This document shows, one piece after another, positions 15,503 to 28,051 of a stretch of DNA of 64,000 nt. Within the stretch, counting starts at the first letter, position 1, and each line of letters opens with the position of its first letter. The notes below the pieces were generated by a model, which had not been told where the DNA came from, searched no databases, and saw only the letters and a list, made by a program, of their open reading frames with translations. The stretch comes from Octopus vulgaris (Eukaryota), in the NCBI GenBank assembly GCA_951406725.2, contig OX597834.1, forward strand, positions 6,572,001 through 6,636,000, read 5' to 3'. The translations under genes were made by a program, and so were the position numbers.

Positions 15503-15525
15503 ACACACACACACACACACATATA
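15299..15525. repeat. (CA)n microsatellite
   Basis: Directly visible. Confidence 0.95.
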
Positions 15526-16111
15526 TACAGGAGAAAAGATGAAAAAAAACTGGAGGGGGTGAAATGAGATTTATAGGAAATAAAACATAATTAAGAAGAC
15601 ATTTTTAGTTAAAAAGTATTAAGAATTAATTATGTTTTCAAATGAATTGATTTCTTTTATTGCTTGTTTGTTTAATGCGACAGATGTAAATCAATAGTTA
15701 CGAAAAAGCACACATATATTGTATTTGTGCAAAAATAATGATTTCCCATTTTAGCACAGGGTCAGCCCCCAAATTCTGAGAAGGCTAGATTGAGATGAAC
15801 CCAGTAAGCGTTTAGTACTTGGTAGAGTCTTTTACTAATTCCAGTCTTTGGACTATTTGGGCCACGAATGTGCCAAAAGCAACTTAAAAGGTTTACGCAA
15901 TGAAATCAAATTCAGTGGTTAATTTATCTTTCGCATTTGTTGCCAATTATTCTCTCAGTTTCTGTTTGGTGAACTGCTAAGTTAGCAATGTAAGCAAACA
16001 CTATTTGTTAAGCGGTCTCACGTAAAGACAACGTACAGAGGAAGACAAACACAAATACAAACACATATAAATATGTGTACATGCATATATCTGTGTGCAT
16101 ATATGTGTATA

Positions 16112-16343
16112 AGGCGGCGAGCTGGCAGAACTGGTAGCACGCTGGGGGAAATGCGTAGCCGTATTTCATCTGCCGTTACATTCTGAGTTCAAATTCCGCC
16201 AAGGTCGACTTTGCCTTTCATCCTTTCGGGGGTCAATAAATAAAGTACCAGTTACGCACTGGGGTCGATATAATCGACTTAATACCTTTGTCTGTCCTTG
16301 TTTGTCCCCTCTATGTTTAGCCCCTTGTGGGTAATAAAGAAAT
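16112..16343 (+). mobile_element. SINE B monomer
   Basis: GGCGGCGAGCTGGCAGAA head, GAGTTCAAATTCC B box, AAAGAAATA end. Confidence 0.85.
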
Positions 16344-16904
16344 ATATATGTGTATGCATGTATATGTATTTGCCAGTATGCATTTGTACACATGCATGTA
16401 TTTGTATCTCTCCATATCTTATTGTTACATGATGCTATATATGTGTACATATACCATCTATATTTCATTCCATAACTGTCATCTCTGAAGAGTGTAGGGT
16501 CACATAATCAGGCTGTTAGCTAACACTCCATTGAACCCCTAGTGTGAAACTGATAGTTAAGATCAGCTATAATAAATATATAATACTGTACATTTTGATT
16601 AATATATATATATATACATATTTATATTTGTGTGCATGTATGTGTGTGTGAATATATATATATATGTATTTCAAATGTCTTCTATATATCTATCTACACA
16701 TACACACACACAGATGTTAAACAATGATGATGATGATATAACCAATATACCCTGTTTTATTTTTTTTAAGAAAGTAGTATGTGATTTAAGAGAAATTAAG
16801 CTGTTTTTTCTAGCAAGTAAAATAGCCACAAAGAGACTTCATTGTCAACTCAATTGGTTTATTGTTTAATAAATAAATAACTTAATAATAATAAATATAA
16901 ATGT

Positions 16905-17306
16905 AGGCGCAGGAGTGGCTGTGTGGTAAGTAGCTTGTTTACCAACCACATGGTTCTGGGTTCAGTCCCACTGCGTGGCATCTTGGGCAAGTGTCTTCTG
17001 CTATAGCCCCGGGCCGACCAATGCCTTGTGAGTGGATTTGGTAGACGGAAACTGAAAGAAGCCTGTCGTATATATGTATATGTATATATATATGTGTGTG
17101 TTTGTGTGTCTGTGTTTGTCCCTCCAACATCGCTTAACAACCGATGCTGGTGTGTTTATGTCCCCGTCACTTAGCAGTTCGGCAAAAGAGACCGATAGAA
17201 TAAGTACTGGGCTTACAATGAATAAGTCCCGGGGTCGATTTGCTCGACTAAAGGCGGTGCTCCAGCATGGCCGCAGTCAACTGACTGAAACAAGTAAAAG
17301 AGTAAA
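16905..17306 (+). mobile_element. SINE A
   Basis: Full-length match. Confidence 0.9.
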
Positions 17307-17852
17307 GGGTATACCAATGTTGTACTTGTTCTCAATATGTACCAAAATTCGAATTAGAGGAGAAGGACAAAGAAATTCTTTAATGGGTTTCAGGAATTAG
17401 ATTCTGGCCACGCTGGGGCACTGCCTTCATGGCGTCACAAGTTGTCCTTTCTGCTGATTATTTTATCAAGTTATCTCCATCAGCAAAACTATATTTTGGT
17501 AAATAGAGATACCTGTAAACACCTGTAAACACTCGCACACAAATACGTACACACATACACTAATACACATATTCAAATACTGACAAACATGTATAAACAA
17601 ACAGGCGCAGGAGTGGCTGTGTGGTAAGTAGCTTGCTAACCAGCCACATGGTTCCGGGTTCAGTCCTACTGTGTGGCATCTTGGGCAAGTGTCTTCTGCT
17701 ATAGCCCCGGGCCGACCAATGCCTTGTGAGTGGATTTGGTAGACGGAAACTGAAAGAAGTCTGTCGTATATATGTATATATATGTAGGTCCTGGGTTGAG
17801 TCGGGGTTAACCACAGTAAATAAGGTACTCAATACATAGCAGAGTAAATTAA

Positions 17853-17982
17853 TTTATTTTATAGAAGGAGCTTCTACGGGACTAGAACTGTTTCATTCAA
17901 ATGAAATCATCAGGAAGCTTCCTGATGATTTCATTTGAATGAAACAGTTCTAGTCCCGTAGAAGCTCCTTCTATAAAATAAA
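17853..17982. repeat. Perfect 130-bp spacerless palindrome
   Basis: 65-bp arms centred on AAG|CTT at 17917/17918. Confidence 0.95.
17916..17966 (+). ncRNA. Type I hammerhead ribozyme candidate (mirror copy on - strand at 17869-17919)
   Basis: AGCUUC-CUGAUGA-U UUC AUUU GAA U-GAA-AC...GU-A-GAAGCU: canonical core, 6-bp stem I, GUA triplet. Confidence 0.7.
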
Positions 17983-18797
17983 AAATTATATGTATATATA
18001 TGTATGTATGTGTGTGTGTTTGTGTGTCTGTGTTTGTGTGTCTGTGTTTGTTCCCCTAGCATTGCTTGACAACTGATGCTGGTGTGTTTACGTCCCCGTC
18101 ACTTAGCAGTTCGGCAAAAAGAAACCGATAGAATAAGTACTGGGCTTACAAAAAGAATAAGTCCCAGGGTCGAGTTGCTCGACTAAAGGCGGTGCTCCAG
18201 CATGGCCGCAGTCAAATGACTGAAACAAGTAAAAGAGTAAAAGAGAGTATACACACACATGCATTGATGTATACACACACACACACACACACATTAATGC
18301 ACACATACACACACTCATGTATATACACGCTTCTATAAATTTGACCTGCAACACTGCATCTTTGCTTTTTTTCCTGATGAAACTTTGGACTCCGCTTTGC
18401 TGCTATATTTACAGTCTGAACCACAAATACCCAAGTGTGAAGAACTCAAGACTCTAACGAAGGCATATGTCAACTGATATATGTAATATCGTTCCTATCT
18501 CTAGCGTTAATTCGATTTTACTTGCTGATATTTTTATCTGTCAATCCTCAAGTGATGAATTTTATATTTTCTCGTTTTCTAATTTCTTTTCTTTCTTTTT
18601 TTTTTTTGCAATTATAATTCTCTCAGAATTCTTTGTTAAGTCCTTTACATGACAAAATATATTCTTTTATTCAAAGAGATTTATATCAGTTCTATCAATA
18701 AGTCACCTTCATGAGTTTAGTAAATTTTATTTTTATGTTAGCTTTGAACATTTAAGTTCTTTTTGCAAAGTGTTTTTATACTCAGAGGTAGTAGAAT

Positions 18798-19184
18798 GAT
18801 GGAAGCACTCCGTCGGTTACGACGACGAGGGTTCCGGTTGATCCGAATCAACGGAACAGCCTGCTCGTGAAATTAACGTGTAAGTGGCCGAGCACTCCAC
18901 AGACACGTATACCCTTAACATAGTTCTCGGGGATATTCAGCGTGACACAGAGAGTGACGAGGCCGGCCCCTTTGAAATACAGGTACAACAGAAACAGGAA
19001 GTAAGAGTGAGAGAAAGTTGTGGTGAAAGAGTACAGCAGGGATCACCACCATCCCCTGCCAGAGCCTCGTGGAGCTTTTAGGTGTTTTCGCTCAATAAAC
19101 ACTCACAATGCCCGGTCTGGGAATCGAAACCGCGATCCTATGACCGCAAGTCCGCTTCCCTAACCACTGGGCCATTGCGCCTCC
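18798..19184 (-). mobile_element. tRNA-derived SINE family C
   Basis: GGAGGCGCAATGGCCCAGTGGTTAGGG...GGTTTCGATTCCC tRNA-like head; flanking GGTAGTAGAAT direct repeat (TSD). Confidence 0.85.
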
Positions 19185-19193
19185 GGTAGTAGA

Positions 19194-19227
<34 letters not shown>

Positions 19228-19250
19228 CAGTATATGTGTATGTGTGTATA

Positions 19251-19640
19251 CAGGTTCCGGCGAATAAATTGTCGTCTAAATTACGCAAAAATGAAAATAA
19301 CACTGACATCTCATTTTAACAGATATATTTGCCAAAATTACTTTAAAATATCTTGAAATTCTAAACAGTAAATGTATTCAATAAAATCGCCATTGGCTTC
19401 AACCACGACCTCCAGATGACTTCGGAATCTCCTGCAACTCTTCTGAACAATCTTAGTTGTTTAAGATGGTGAATGCTGCCATAATCCTTGCCTTCAGTTC
19501 ATCTTTGGTGTGTTACAAGGAGTTTTGTTGATCTCTTGCTCAACTGCACCACATGCATAATAATCAAGGCGGGTTGCAGTCTGGGGATTTAGGTGGCCAG
19601 ATGTTAGGGGGTGATGTGGTTGCAGAAATTGTCTGACAGC
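19251..19640 (-). pseudogene. Tc1/mariner-superfamily transposase 3' remnant with one terminus
   Basis: Reverse translation IWPPKSPDCNP.DYY...ELKARIMAAF...VVEANGDFIE; TA adjacent to CAGG terminus. Confidence 0.8.
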
Positions 19641-20106
19641 CGTCCTGCAAGATCCTGTTAAACTAAACAATAATGCAGGCCACGAAATAAATTGTTGTTT
19701 AGTTTAATAGGATCTTGCAGGATGGATGGCCCTTGTTTCACTTTTGAGTTTCTCTTTTGGCATGGTTTCTATTGCAGTATGGCACCAGCTCTGTTGAACT
19801 TGCCTTATCCTTGGCAACACTAATTTCGTTTTGATATAAAATGAATGGCTCTTTATGAGGCGAGGAGTTTTGGTGTGGCTAATTGAGATTGTAATTTAAC
19901 CTAATGAAAGATTGATTAGCATTTTGGCATTGGCGAGCATGTATATTTTGAATTGCACATCTTGATTACTGTTTGTCCTTGTATATGTGAGTGTGAGCTG
20001 GGGTTAGAGTTTGCCTTTTATCCTGTGTATTCATACACATGGCTCAGTATGTTTATGCATGGGCCTTGTATCAAAAACATGCTATAAATTTGTCATTGTG
20101 CATTTT

Positions 20107-20510
20107 ATTCTTTTATTCTTTTACTTGTTTCAGTCATTTGACTGTGGCCACGCTGGAGCAACGCCTTTAGTCGAGCAAATCGACCCCGGGACTTATTCTT
20201 TGTAAGCCTAGTACTTATTCTATCGGTCTCTTTTGCCGAACCGCTAAGTTACGGGGACATAAACGCACCAGCATCGGTTGTCAAGGGATGTTGGGGGGGA
20301 CAAACACAGACACACAAACATACACACACACACACATACACACACACACACACATATACATATATATATATACATATATACGATGGGCTTCTTTCAGTTT
20401 CCGTCTACCGAATCCACTCACAAGTTTTTGGTTGACCCGAGGCTATAGTAGAAGACACTTGGCCAACGTGCCACGCAGTGGGACTGAACCCATGACCATG
20501 TGGTTGGCAA
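20107..20510 (-). mobile_element. SINE A
   Basis: Sequence match. Confidence 0.9.
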
Positions 20511-20649
20511 GAAAGTGCACTGCATGCATAACTGTGGCAGCTGTTTGTGATTTGGTTGTTGTGGGTGTAAATTTATTTTTGTTTATGTATGCAGTAGTGA
20601 TGGATTGAGTGAGTAGGTGGGGATGTGCTATGCTGTTTGGAGTCCCAAC

Positions 20650-20960
20650 TACTTTTTTTAATATGAACTTATTTTGATGCATGCAGCATGAGACAATTTC
20701 ATTTCCTTTTGCTTAATGAGTGCATGCAATTTTGAATGAGTAGGCAACTTCTTCAGAATATCACGTTACATTTGTTGTAACAAAGTCGTTTGTTGTACCT
20801 CAAGGCATTATCCAAATATGAGGTTTACTTTTATCAGAAATATCCACTTAATATCATACTGAATAAGTGTTACATGTCATTTGTAAGAGTGTACCAGGCA
20901 TTGTAATTTGAGTTTGATGTCTGATAATCAAAGGAAGTATCCAACACAAAATGAGATACA
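20650..20960 (-). pseudogene. Decayed Penelope-like retroelement GIY-YIG endonuclease C-terminus
   Basis: Frame-broken translation IKWI..DKSKP..KCN..EE..LSKR/NEIVSCCMHQNKFIL resembles the PLE C-terminal pattern CNLC.EEK..LNKR.E..S.C.H.NKF. Confidence 0.6.
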
Positions 20961-21623
20961 AGTTGCTTAATGGCTTTAAGCAAATCCTCCTTAATCTCTC
21001 TTTATGATCTCAGTAAATTTGCATACGATCCTTCATATTCTTCTATGATATCTTTTGCATTTTTATTGACTATTTTGAAAACAAGCGTTTCAGTGATCAA
21101 TGTCTTATTGTCTTAACCCTCCAGTTTAATATTTCTAACAACTGCTCTTATTTGACATAATGAGATATAAGTTGGGATACAACACAAAAAAAGAAAAAAG
21201 ATTCATATGATTGCCTTCAGGAATCTTTGTCTGAAGTTTGCCTAACCAGGCAAGCAATATGCACCCACCTGGCTGATGTATAGACAGCGATAACTTCCAG
21301 TACAGCACCAACAGATATATTTATACTGTCTAGATATCTCCCTAAATGGTAGTCTATTGCTTCACACAGCAAAAAGCTGAGCACTTTTTATATGATAATA
21401 TCATAAATTTGTAAAATATTGATGTCACTTGCAGTATCTGAAATATCTAATAGAACATGAAAATATGAAATAATATTTCAATATTCATATATCATAATAC
21501 AAAATATAAACTGATATTCTTACTTATAAATACCAAGAAGTGAATTATTGGTTTTTATCTCTATATCAAAATATATTTCGAAAATTATTAAATTTTCAGC
21601 TTCATATTCAGATATTTGATTAG

Positions 21624-21626
<3 letters not shown>

Positions 21627-21677
<51 letters not shown>

Positions 21678-21900
21678 GAACATGGACACACATATATATG
21701 TATATATGCCTATATGTATATATTTATATATGTGTGTGTGTGTGTATGTATATATATATATATATGTATATATAAATATATATGTATATAAATATATATA
21801 TATGTATATATATGTATATATATGTATGTATATATATATATATATGTATATATATGTGTATATATATGTATGTATATATATATATATATGTATATATATG

Positions 21901-21931
<31 letters not shown>

Positions 21932-22091
21932 TTGTATATATATATGTATGTATATATATATATGTATATATACATATGTATATATATATATGTATATATA
22001 TATGTATATATATATACATGTATGTATATATATATATGTATATATCTATCTATGTATCTATCTATATATACATACATATATACACATATAC

Positions 22092-22122
<31 letters not shown>

Positions 22123-22131
22123 CACACACAC
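21627..22131. repeat. Complex (TA)n/(TATG)n microsatellite
   Basis: Directly visible. Confidence 0.95.
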
Positions 22132-22811
22132 ACTCTCACCCACAGCCCCACTACATGTAAGTTGTTGGCTAATGTTTTATTCAATAGCTGTGAATCAACC
22201 AATACCTTGTGAATGAAAATGATAGACAAAAAGTCAAGCAGACTGTCTCATATATATGTATATCATATCATCATCATCATCATCGTCATCATCATTATTA
22301 ATGCTTAACTTCTTTTTTCCATGTTGGCATGGGTTGGCTGGTTTGAGAGAGAAAAGTTGGCCAGCCAGTGAGCTATGCCCAGGTACCATTTGTCTGTTTT
22401 GCCATGGTTTCTACGGCTGGATGCCCTTCCTAATGCCAACCACCTTCCAGAGTGTACCGAGGGCTTTTATATGGCACCAACATGTGTGCTTTTCTCCTAG
22501 GCACCAGCACAGGTACTTTTCCATGTGGTACCGGCTCAGGTGCTTTTATAAATGGCACCAGGACAGGTGCTTTTTACGACACTGAAATGAGTGCTTTAAG
22601 TATGTATGCATATATATGTATATATATATAAAGCAGTGAGCTGGCAGAAACGTTAGCACACCGGGCAAAATGCTTAGCAGTATTTCATCTGCCGCTATGT
22701 TCTAAGTTCATGTGCATCAGCAACTTGTGGGCTTGTATCAAAAAGCTGCTCTTGTGTGTAATAAAGATATGTTATGGCAAAAGTGCAGATAATTTTTGAC
22801 TTCCCCTCATA

Positions 22812-22842
<31 letters not shown>

Positions 22843-22843
<1 letters not shown>

Positions 22844-23080
22844 ACGGGAAGCTTTATGAAAATAGACAAAAGACGAAGGCAGGTTTACGGAAATAAACAA
22901 AAGACGAAGGCAGGTGGAATACAAACAAACAATTGTATTATTATGGCGCTCAGGAAATATAAATAAAACAAGTCTTTAACGTTTCGAGCCTACGCTCTTC
23001 AACAGAAAGATACACAGAGAAGAAACACAGAAAGAAGGAGAGAAAAAAATATGCGTGCAGAGGCTAGCGAATCAACATGG

Positions 23081-23082
<2 letters not shown>
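22843..23082 (-). mobile_element. Penelope-like terminal fragment in (TA)n carrying a hammerhead-like motif (22973-23010)
   Basis: UCUUU-CUGUUGA-A-GAGC GUAG GCUC-GAA-ACGU-U-AAAGA; relatives at ~1790-1915, 33205-33330 and 33895-34072. Confidence 0.6.
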
Positions 23083-23132
<50 letters not shown>

Positions 23133-23805
23133 AATCTTCCTTTGTGGTTTGTATTTTGGTTTGTGTTTCATTCTTGTATTGTCTTCGATGCCACGGGTCC
23201 TTGCAACTAATAAAAGACTTTATCATAATCATCATCTCATCGTCGTTGGCGGCGGCATCTTTGTTTTTGCCATTATCTCTATTATTCTTACTGTTGAACA
23301 GATGTGTCCAACACATACCTGTGGAAGATTGAGATAAAACTCATTTAATTTGATGGAAAGGGAATATTTATTTGATTAATCAGATTATTTATTTATCATT
23401 AAATTTTATTTACAAGTAATTCTGGAACATTTCAGTGTTCACCACTTTTAATTTGATACAAAAGAAAAAAAGTGTCTTTGACTATAGTTTATACTTTATG
23501 TATTAGTATCCACGGGATTGTGTGTTTAAGAAGTTTGCTTCATAAACATTGTGATTTCAGGTTCAATCTCTCAGTGGAGCATCTTGGGTAAGTCTCTACT
23601 ACAACATTAATGGGCCAACCAAATCCTTAAAAGCAGATTTAGTGGATGAAAATTGTAAGAAGCCCATTGCATGTAAATGCATGTTTCGTGAAGTCCCTAC
23701 TTGAGTCATGAATGACCATGGGATTGTACTAAGAAAGTTCCCCTCCAAGACACAAGTCCAGGCAAGGTTGTTTGTGGAAGACCAACTGTTACCCATGTAT
23801 ACCAG

Positions 23806-24078
23806 GCTCATAGGGCTGGTTTCCTGGTTTCCTTAGTGTATAGGTTCCCCACCTGGATGGGACGCTGGTCTGTCGCAGGTGAGCTGCAAGATGCAGGAGG
23901 AAAGAGTGAGAGAAAGTTGTGGCGAAAGAGTCAGCAGCAGTTTGTCATTACCTTCTGCCGGAGCTGCGTGGAGCTTAGGTGTTTCGCTCATAAGCACACA
24001 CATCACCCGGTCTGATATTCAAACCCACAATCCCTTGACTGCGAGTCCGCTGCTCTAACCACTAGGCCATGTGCCTTC
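23806..24078 (-). mobile_element. SINE with family C head and an alternative tail
   Basis: Head/body shared with 18798-19184, tail shared with 56260-56495. Confidence 0.75.
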
Positions 24079-24129
24079 ACAAGCAAATGTATGGGGTCAT
24101 CAGGAGAGAATGTGTGCCATTTCAGGGCC

Positions 24130-24960
24130 TAACTCTCGATGGCATCATTGTGCATCGGCCCCTCTCACTGAAATGAGGCCCTGCTTGTTAGATTAACTGG
24201 TTATCAAATAAACCTCAATATTCTTCTTGCCATCGTTCATCATTTCTTTTCAACCAAATTCAGCGGCTAGCCATTTCCACTGTGGTTTGTATATCATTCT
24301 TTGTGGTATTTGCGTTACAATGAGTCAAGGCCTAATGATAACAAAAGTCGTCTCACACTGTGTCCAACAAACTCTCTATATCCAACTTCGATTGAAAAAT
24401 GCTCCACTTTCCAACCTGCGTCTTCACATTCCTTGAGGAGGTTTACACAATGGTCAATCTTTCGAGCCTGAGTCTATGTTACCTTCATGAGGAACCATTA
24501 ACTCGACTAGATTCATCACTTTCTCTCTTTTACTCCTCATTATAATATCCATTTTTTCCATAACCAAGATGGGAAAGAATCCTTGGCACCCTGGTAAATC
24601 TGCAGCCACCTTCCAATAACCGTTCCACTTTTGATCACTCACAGGAAGTTTCTTCTTGAAATGGATCTGCTGTCCAGAGCGCATGAAGGTAATGAAATCT
24701 CTGGTTGGATCTTTCATCAGAATTTTTTCCACTCCTGATGAGAGCAATTTGGTTCTTTATAGCATTAAGGATAACCTTAAGGACCAGGTCGTGTTTCCAT
24801 GTATATCTGTTGAATGACAGTGAACAATTGGAAAGAATATGTTTCAGTGTTCAGACCTTTCTGCATTTGCGTACATCCTTCTTTGAGAAGTTCCATCTTA
24901 CTAGATTTGGAGGTGATGACAAGACATCATAGAATGAATGAATAAGAAAACTTAGCGAAG
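24130..24960 (-). pseudogene. RLE-type non-LTR retrotransposon 3' remnant, HERO-like
   Basis: YDVLSSPPNLVRW...KC...TLKHILSNC...RYTWKHDLVL (CCHC region) then WKVAADL...DII...LVELMVPHE...IEVG (restriction-like endonuclease); stops and frameshifts. Confidence 0.75.
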
Positions 24961-25179
24961 ATGTAGTCCACATCCATATCTCATTCCAACTTATTTTTCC
25001 CTCAACAACATGTCAAGACAAGATATCACTCACATAATCAAGCACACAGACATTCACATGCACACACACACACACACACAGATACTCACACACACACACA
25101 CACATGCACGCACGTGCACACACACACACACACACCCATGTACACACATCCATGTACACACACACACATCCATATACAG

Positions 25180-25234
<55 letters not shown>

Positions 25235-26441
25235 TGGTAGGCCATTTTCTGCTTCCATGTATTCCATCTTCCAAATCCACTCCCAAGACTTGCCCTGGGG
25301 CTATAACAGAAGACACTATCTCAAGGGGCCACACAGAGGCACTGAACCCCAAACCACATGGGAAGCAAATTCCACATAGTTTCCACCTACCAAATTCCCA
25401 GTTCGAGGTTTTACTAGAAGACACTCATTGAAGGTGCCATGTTTTATACGACCAAACCCAAAACCACACGATTCCGAAGTAGACACCCCGAACCACAGAG
25501 CTATTTCTGCACTTATTTTTTATCATTATAATTCATAATAAATATTCATAAATTTTTTTTTTTTAAACATTTGGATAAAATTCACTGTAAACAATGATCG
25601 CATTTAATTGCTATATCAGAATACTCTAATACCACACGGAGAGAAGATTTTTAATCTTGAGTGGGAAAAAGTACTTTTTTTAACTGTTCTGGGATTCATG
25701 TTTCTCTGTGATTCAGCTGAGAACTTTATGCTTTCGCTAGTGTTATAAACCGTTTTAGACATGAGTTTGTGTTTAATTCCGTGTTTTCATCTTGCTTGGG
25801 GGCAGAATATGTTATTATTGTATCTTCTTCATTTTATTGACTTTTTTTTAAAATGTTTTTTTTCCTGGAGAACATAAAACTATTTTTCTTTTCAAACATG
25901 ACATCTTCAATGGTGAGAGTTGATGGAAGCCCCCGTGATGATGATAGCAAGATAGACGAATATAATAAAAAATTTAGCAACAGAAATAACAACAACAGCA
26001 ACAACAACAAAAATTATTATTTCGTTATGACAAATAAAATTTTTTGAGATTTCAAGAAGTGATTCTTTTGGGCAATATCAAGTTGCTAAGATTACCATAA
26101 TGAACATTGATATTTTCCAAGTACTGCTTATTCAATGGAATTGGGATATTTGTATAATAATTCATACATTAACACTTTGAAGCTGACAGATATGAATATT
26201 GACTTCAACACCGGCAGCTGTACCAGTTAACCCATTACGCTCTTCAGCAAGATGCTTCATTTCTCTCGTCTATCAATGGGTACTAACTGCAACTTGGGGT
26301 GGGGTTAACTTTGGGATGGATTGGTGTTCTCTTCTGGATGGAATCTTCTCAGTCACTCACGCTCGCCCCCCCCCATGGGAATTGGGACAGGTTCTGGCCT
26401 GAAGATTCTGCAGGCTTCAGACAGATTTTAATATTTTATGT

Positions 26442-27030
26442 AGGCGTAGGAGTGGCTGTGTGGTAAGTAGCTTGCTAACCAACCACATGGTTCCGGGTTC
26501 AGTCCCATTGCGTGGCATCTTGGGCAAGTGTCTTCTACTATAGCCTCGGGCCGACCAAAGCCTTGTGAGTGGATTTGGTAGACGGAAACTGAAAGAATAC
26601 TGTCATATATATGTATATGTATATATATGTATGTATGTGTGTGTGTATATGTTTGTGTGTCTGTGTTTGTCCTCCCCAACATTGCTTGACAACCGATGCT
26701 GGTGTGTTTACATCCCTGTAGCATCGGGCCGACAAAAGTCTTGTGAGTGGATTTGGTAGAGGGAAACTGAAAGAAGCCCGTCATATATATGTATATATAT
26801 ATGTATGTGTGTGTACATGTTTGTGTGTCTGTGTTTGTCCTCCCCAACATCGCTTGACAACCGACGCTGGTGTGTTTATGTCCCTGTAACTTGGCAGTTC
26901 AGCAACAGATACCGATAGAATAAGTACTAGGCTTACAAAGAATAAGTCCTGGGGTCGATGATTTGCTCGACTAAAGGCGGTGCCCCAGCATGGCCACAGT
27001 CAAATGAGTGAAACAAGTAAAAAAAAAAAT
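26442..27030 (+). mobile_element. SINE A with internal ~180-bp tandem duplication
   Basis: Segment CGGGCCGAC...TGTTTACATCCCTGTA occurs twice. Confidence 0.85.
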
Positions 27031-28051
27031 TCTGTTGGTTTCTTTTGCCAAACTGCTAAGTTGCAGGGATGTAAACACACCAACATCAGTTGTGAAGTGG
27101 TAGTGGGACACACACACACACACACACATGCAATGGGCTTCTTTTAGTTTCCATCTACGAAATCCTCTCACAAAGCTTTGGCCAGCTCAGGGCTATAGTA
27201 GAAGACGTCCAAGGTGCTTCACTCCCAATGGTTTAACCGTGCGATCGGGTATTCAGTCCGATTATTTATATGTCCCCGCACATGATAGAGCCTTAAGCCT
27301 TAAAAAAATATACACATTTATTAGATGGCCATTCACTCTCAAGAGTTCCTCCGCCCTTTGACGGGTTTTGTTTTTCATCCCGCAGGGTGTCCAATAAACA
27401 TCCTGCTCACCAAGCAAGCTTGGTGGGGTTTCCGGTTTAGTCGCCGACGACCCGACCATGCAACAGGTTGTACTGGGTTACTTGTTATCAGTAGCACTCG
27501 AAAGTGGCCTGACATGAACATACATACATACGTACATACATGCATAAAAAATACCCTGTTGTTGATATTGAAATTCCAATGAAGCAGCCTTGAATCTAGG
27601 TTAGAAACTGGCCCTTTCTCTATTGACAAAAAAATCTTGAAATAAAACTGAATAATGACACACACACACACACACACACACACAGCATCATCATCATCAT
27701 GCAATATCTGTTCTCCATGCTAGCATGGATTGGACATGTATGTACATATGTATTTTGCATTTAATTACATAACTGATTCTTCTAGTGCGATTATAAATGT
27801 GTTTATAGATGTGTATCTCCTTCTCTGTAGGAAACTCATAAATGCATCTGCGATTACAGTTATATGTCATTAATGTATTTTAATGACTCTGTTGAAAGAT
27901 ACAGCTGGCTGAATCTTCAGCATCAGGGAACCTGTCCTAAAAGTCAGGCATTTATGAATCATATCAATCACAGCAGGGCTAGGCTTTCTGTGTGTGTATA
28001 GGCCCGAATCATATTTATAATCAAGCCTTGAATTTAAAGATAATGCAATCT

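Larger units (their letters stand above)
17603..18248 (+). mobile_element. SINE A with a Penelope-like palindromic insert (17787-17990) in its internal (TA)n
   Basis: SINE halves flank an unrelated ~200-bp insert. Confidence 0.85.

Noticed and set aside
19100-19184. tRNA gene
   Set aside because: tRNA-like head continues into a SINE body with TSD; no proper acceptor stem or terminator
19725-19775. Further hammerhead remnant on the minus strand (CCAAAGA...GAAAC)
   Set aside because: Stems I and III not convincingly paired
27210-27515. Possible HDV-like ribozyme in a GC-richer segment resembling an RTE 5' UTR
   Set aside because: Could not build the nested double pseudoknot by eye; identity unsupported
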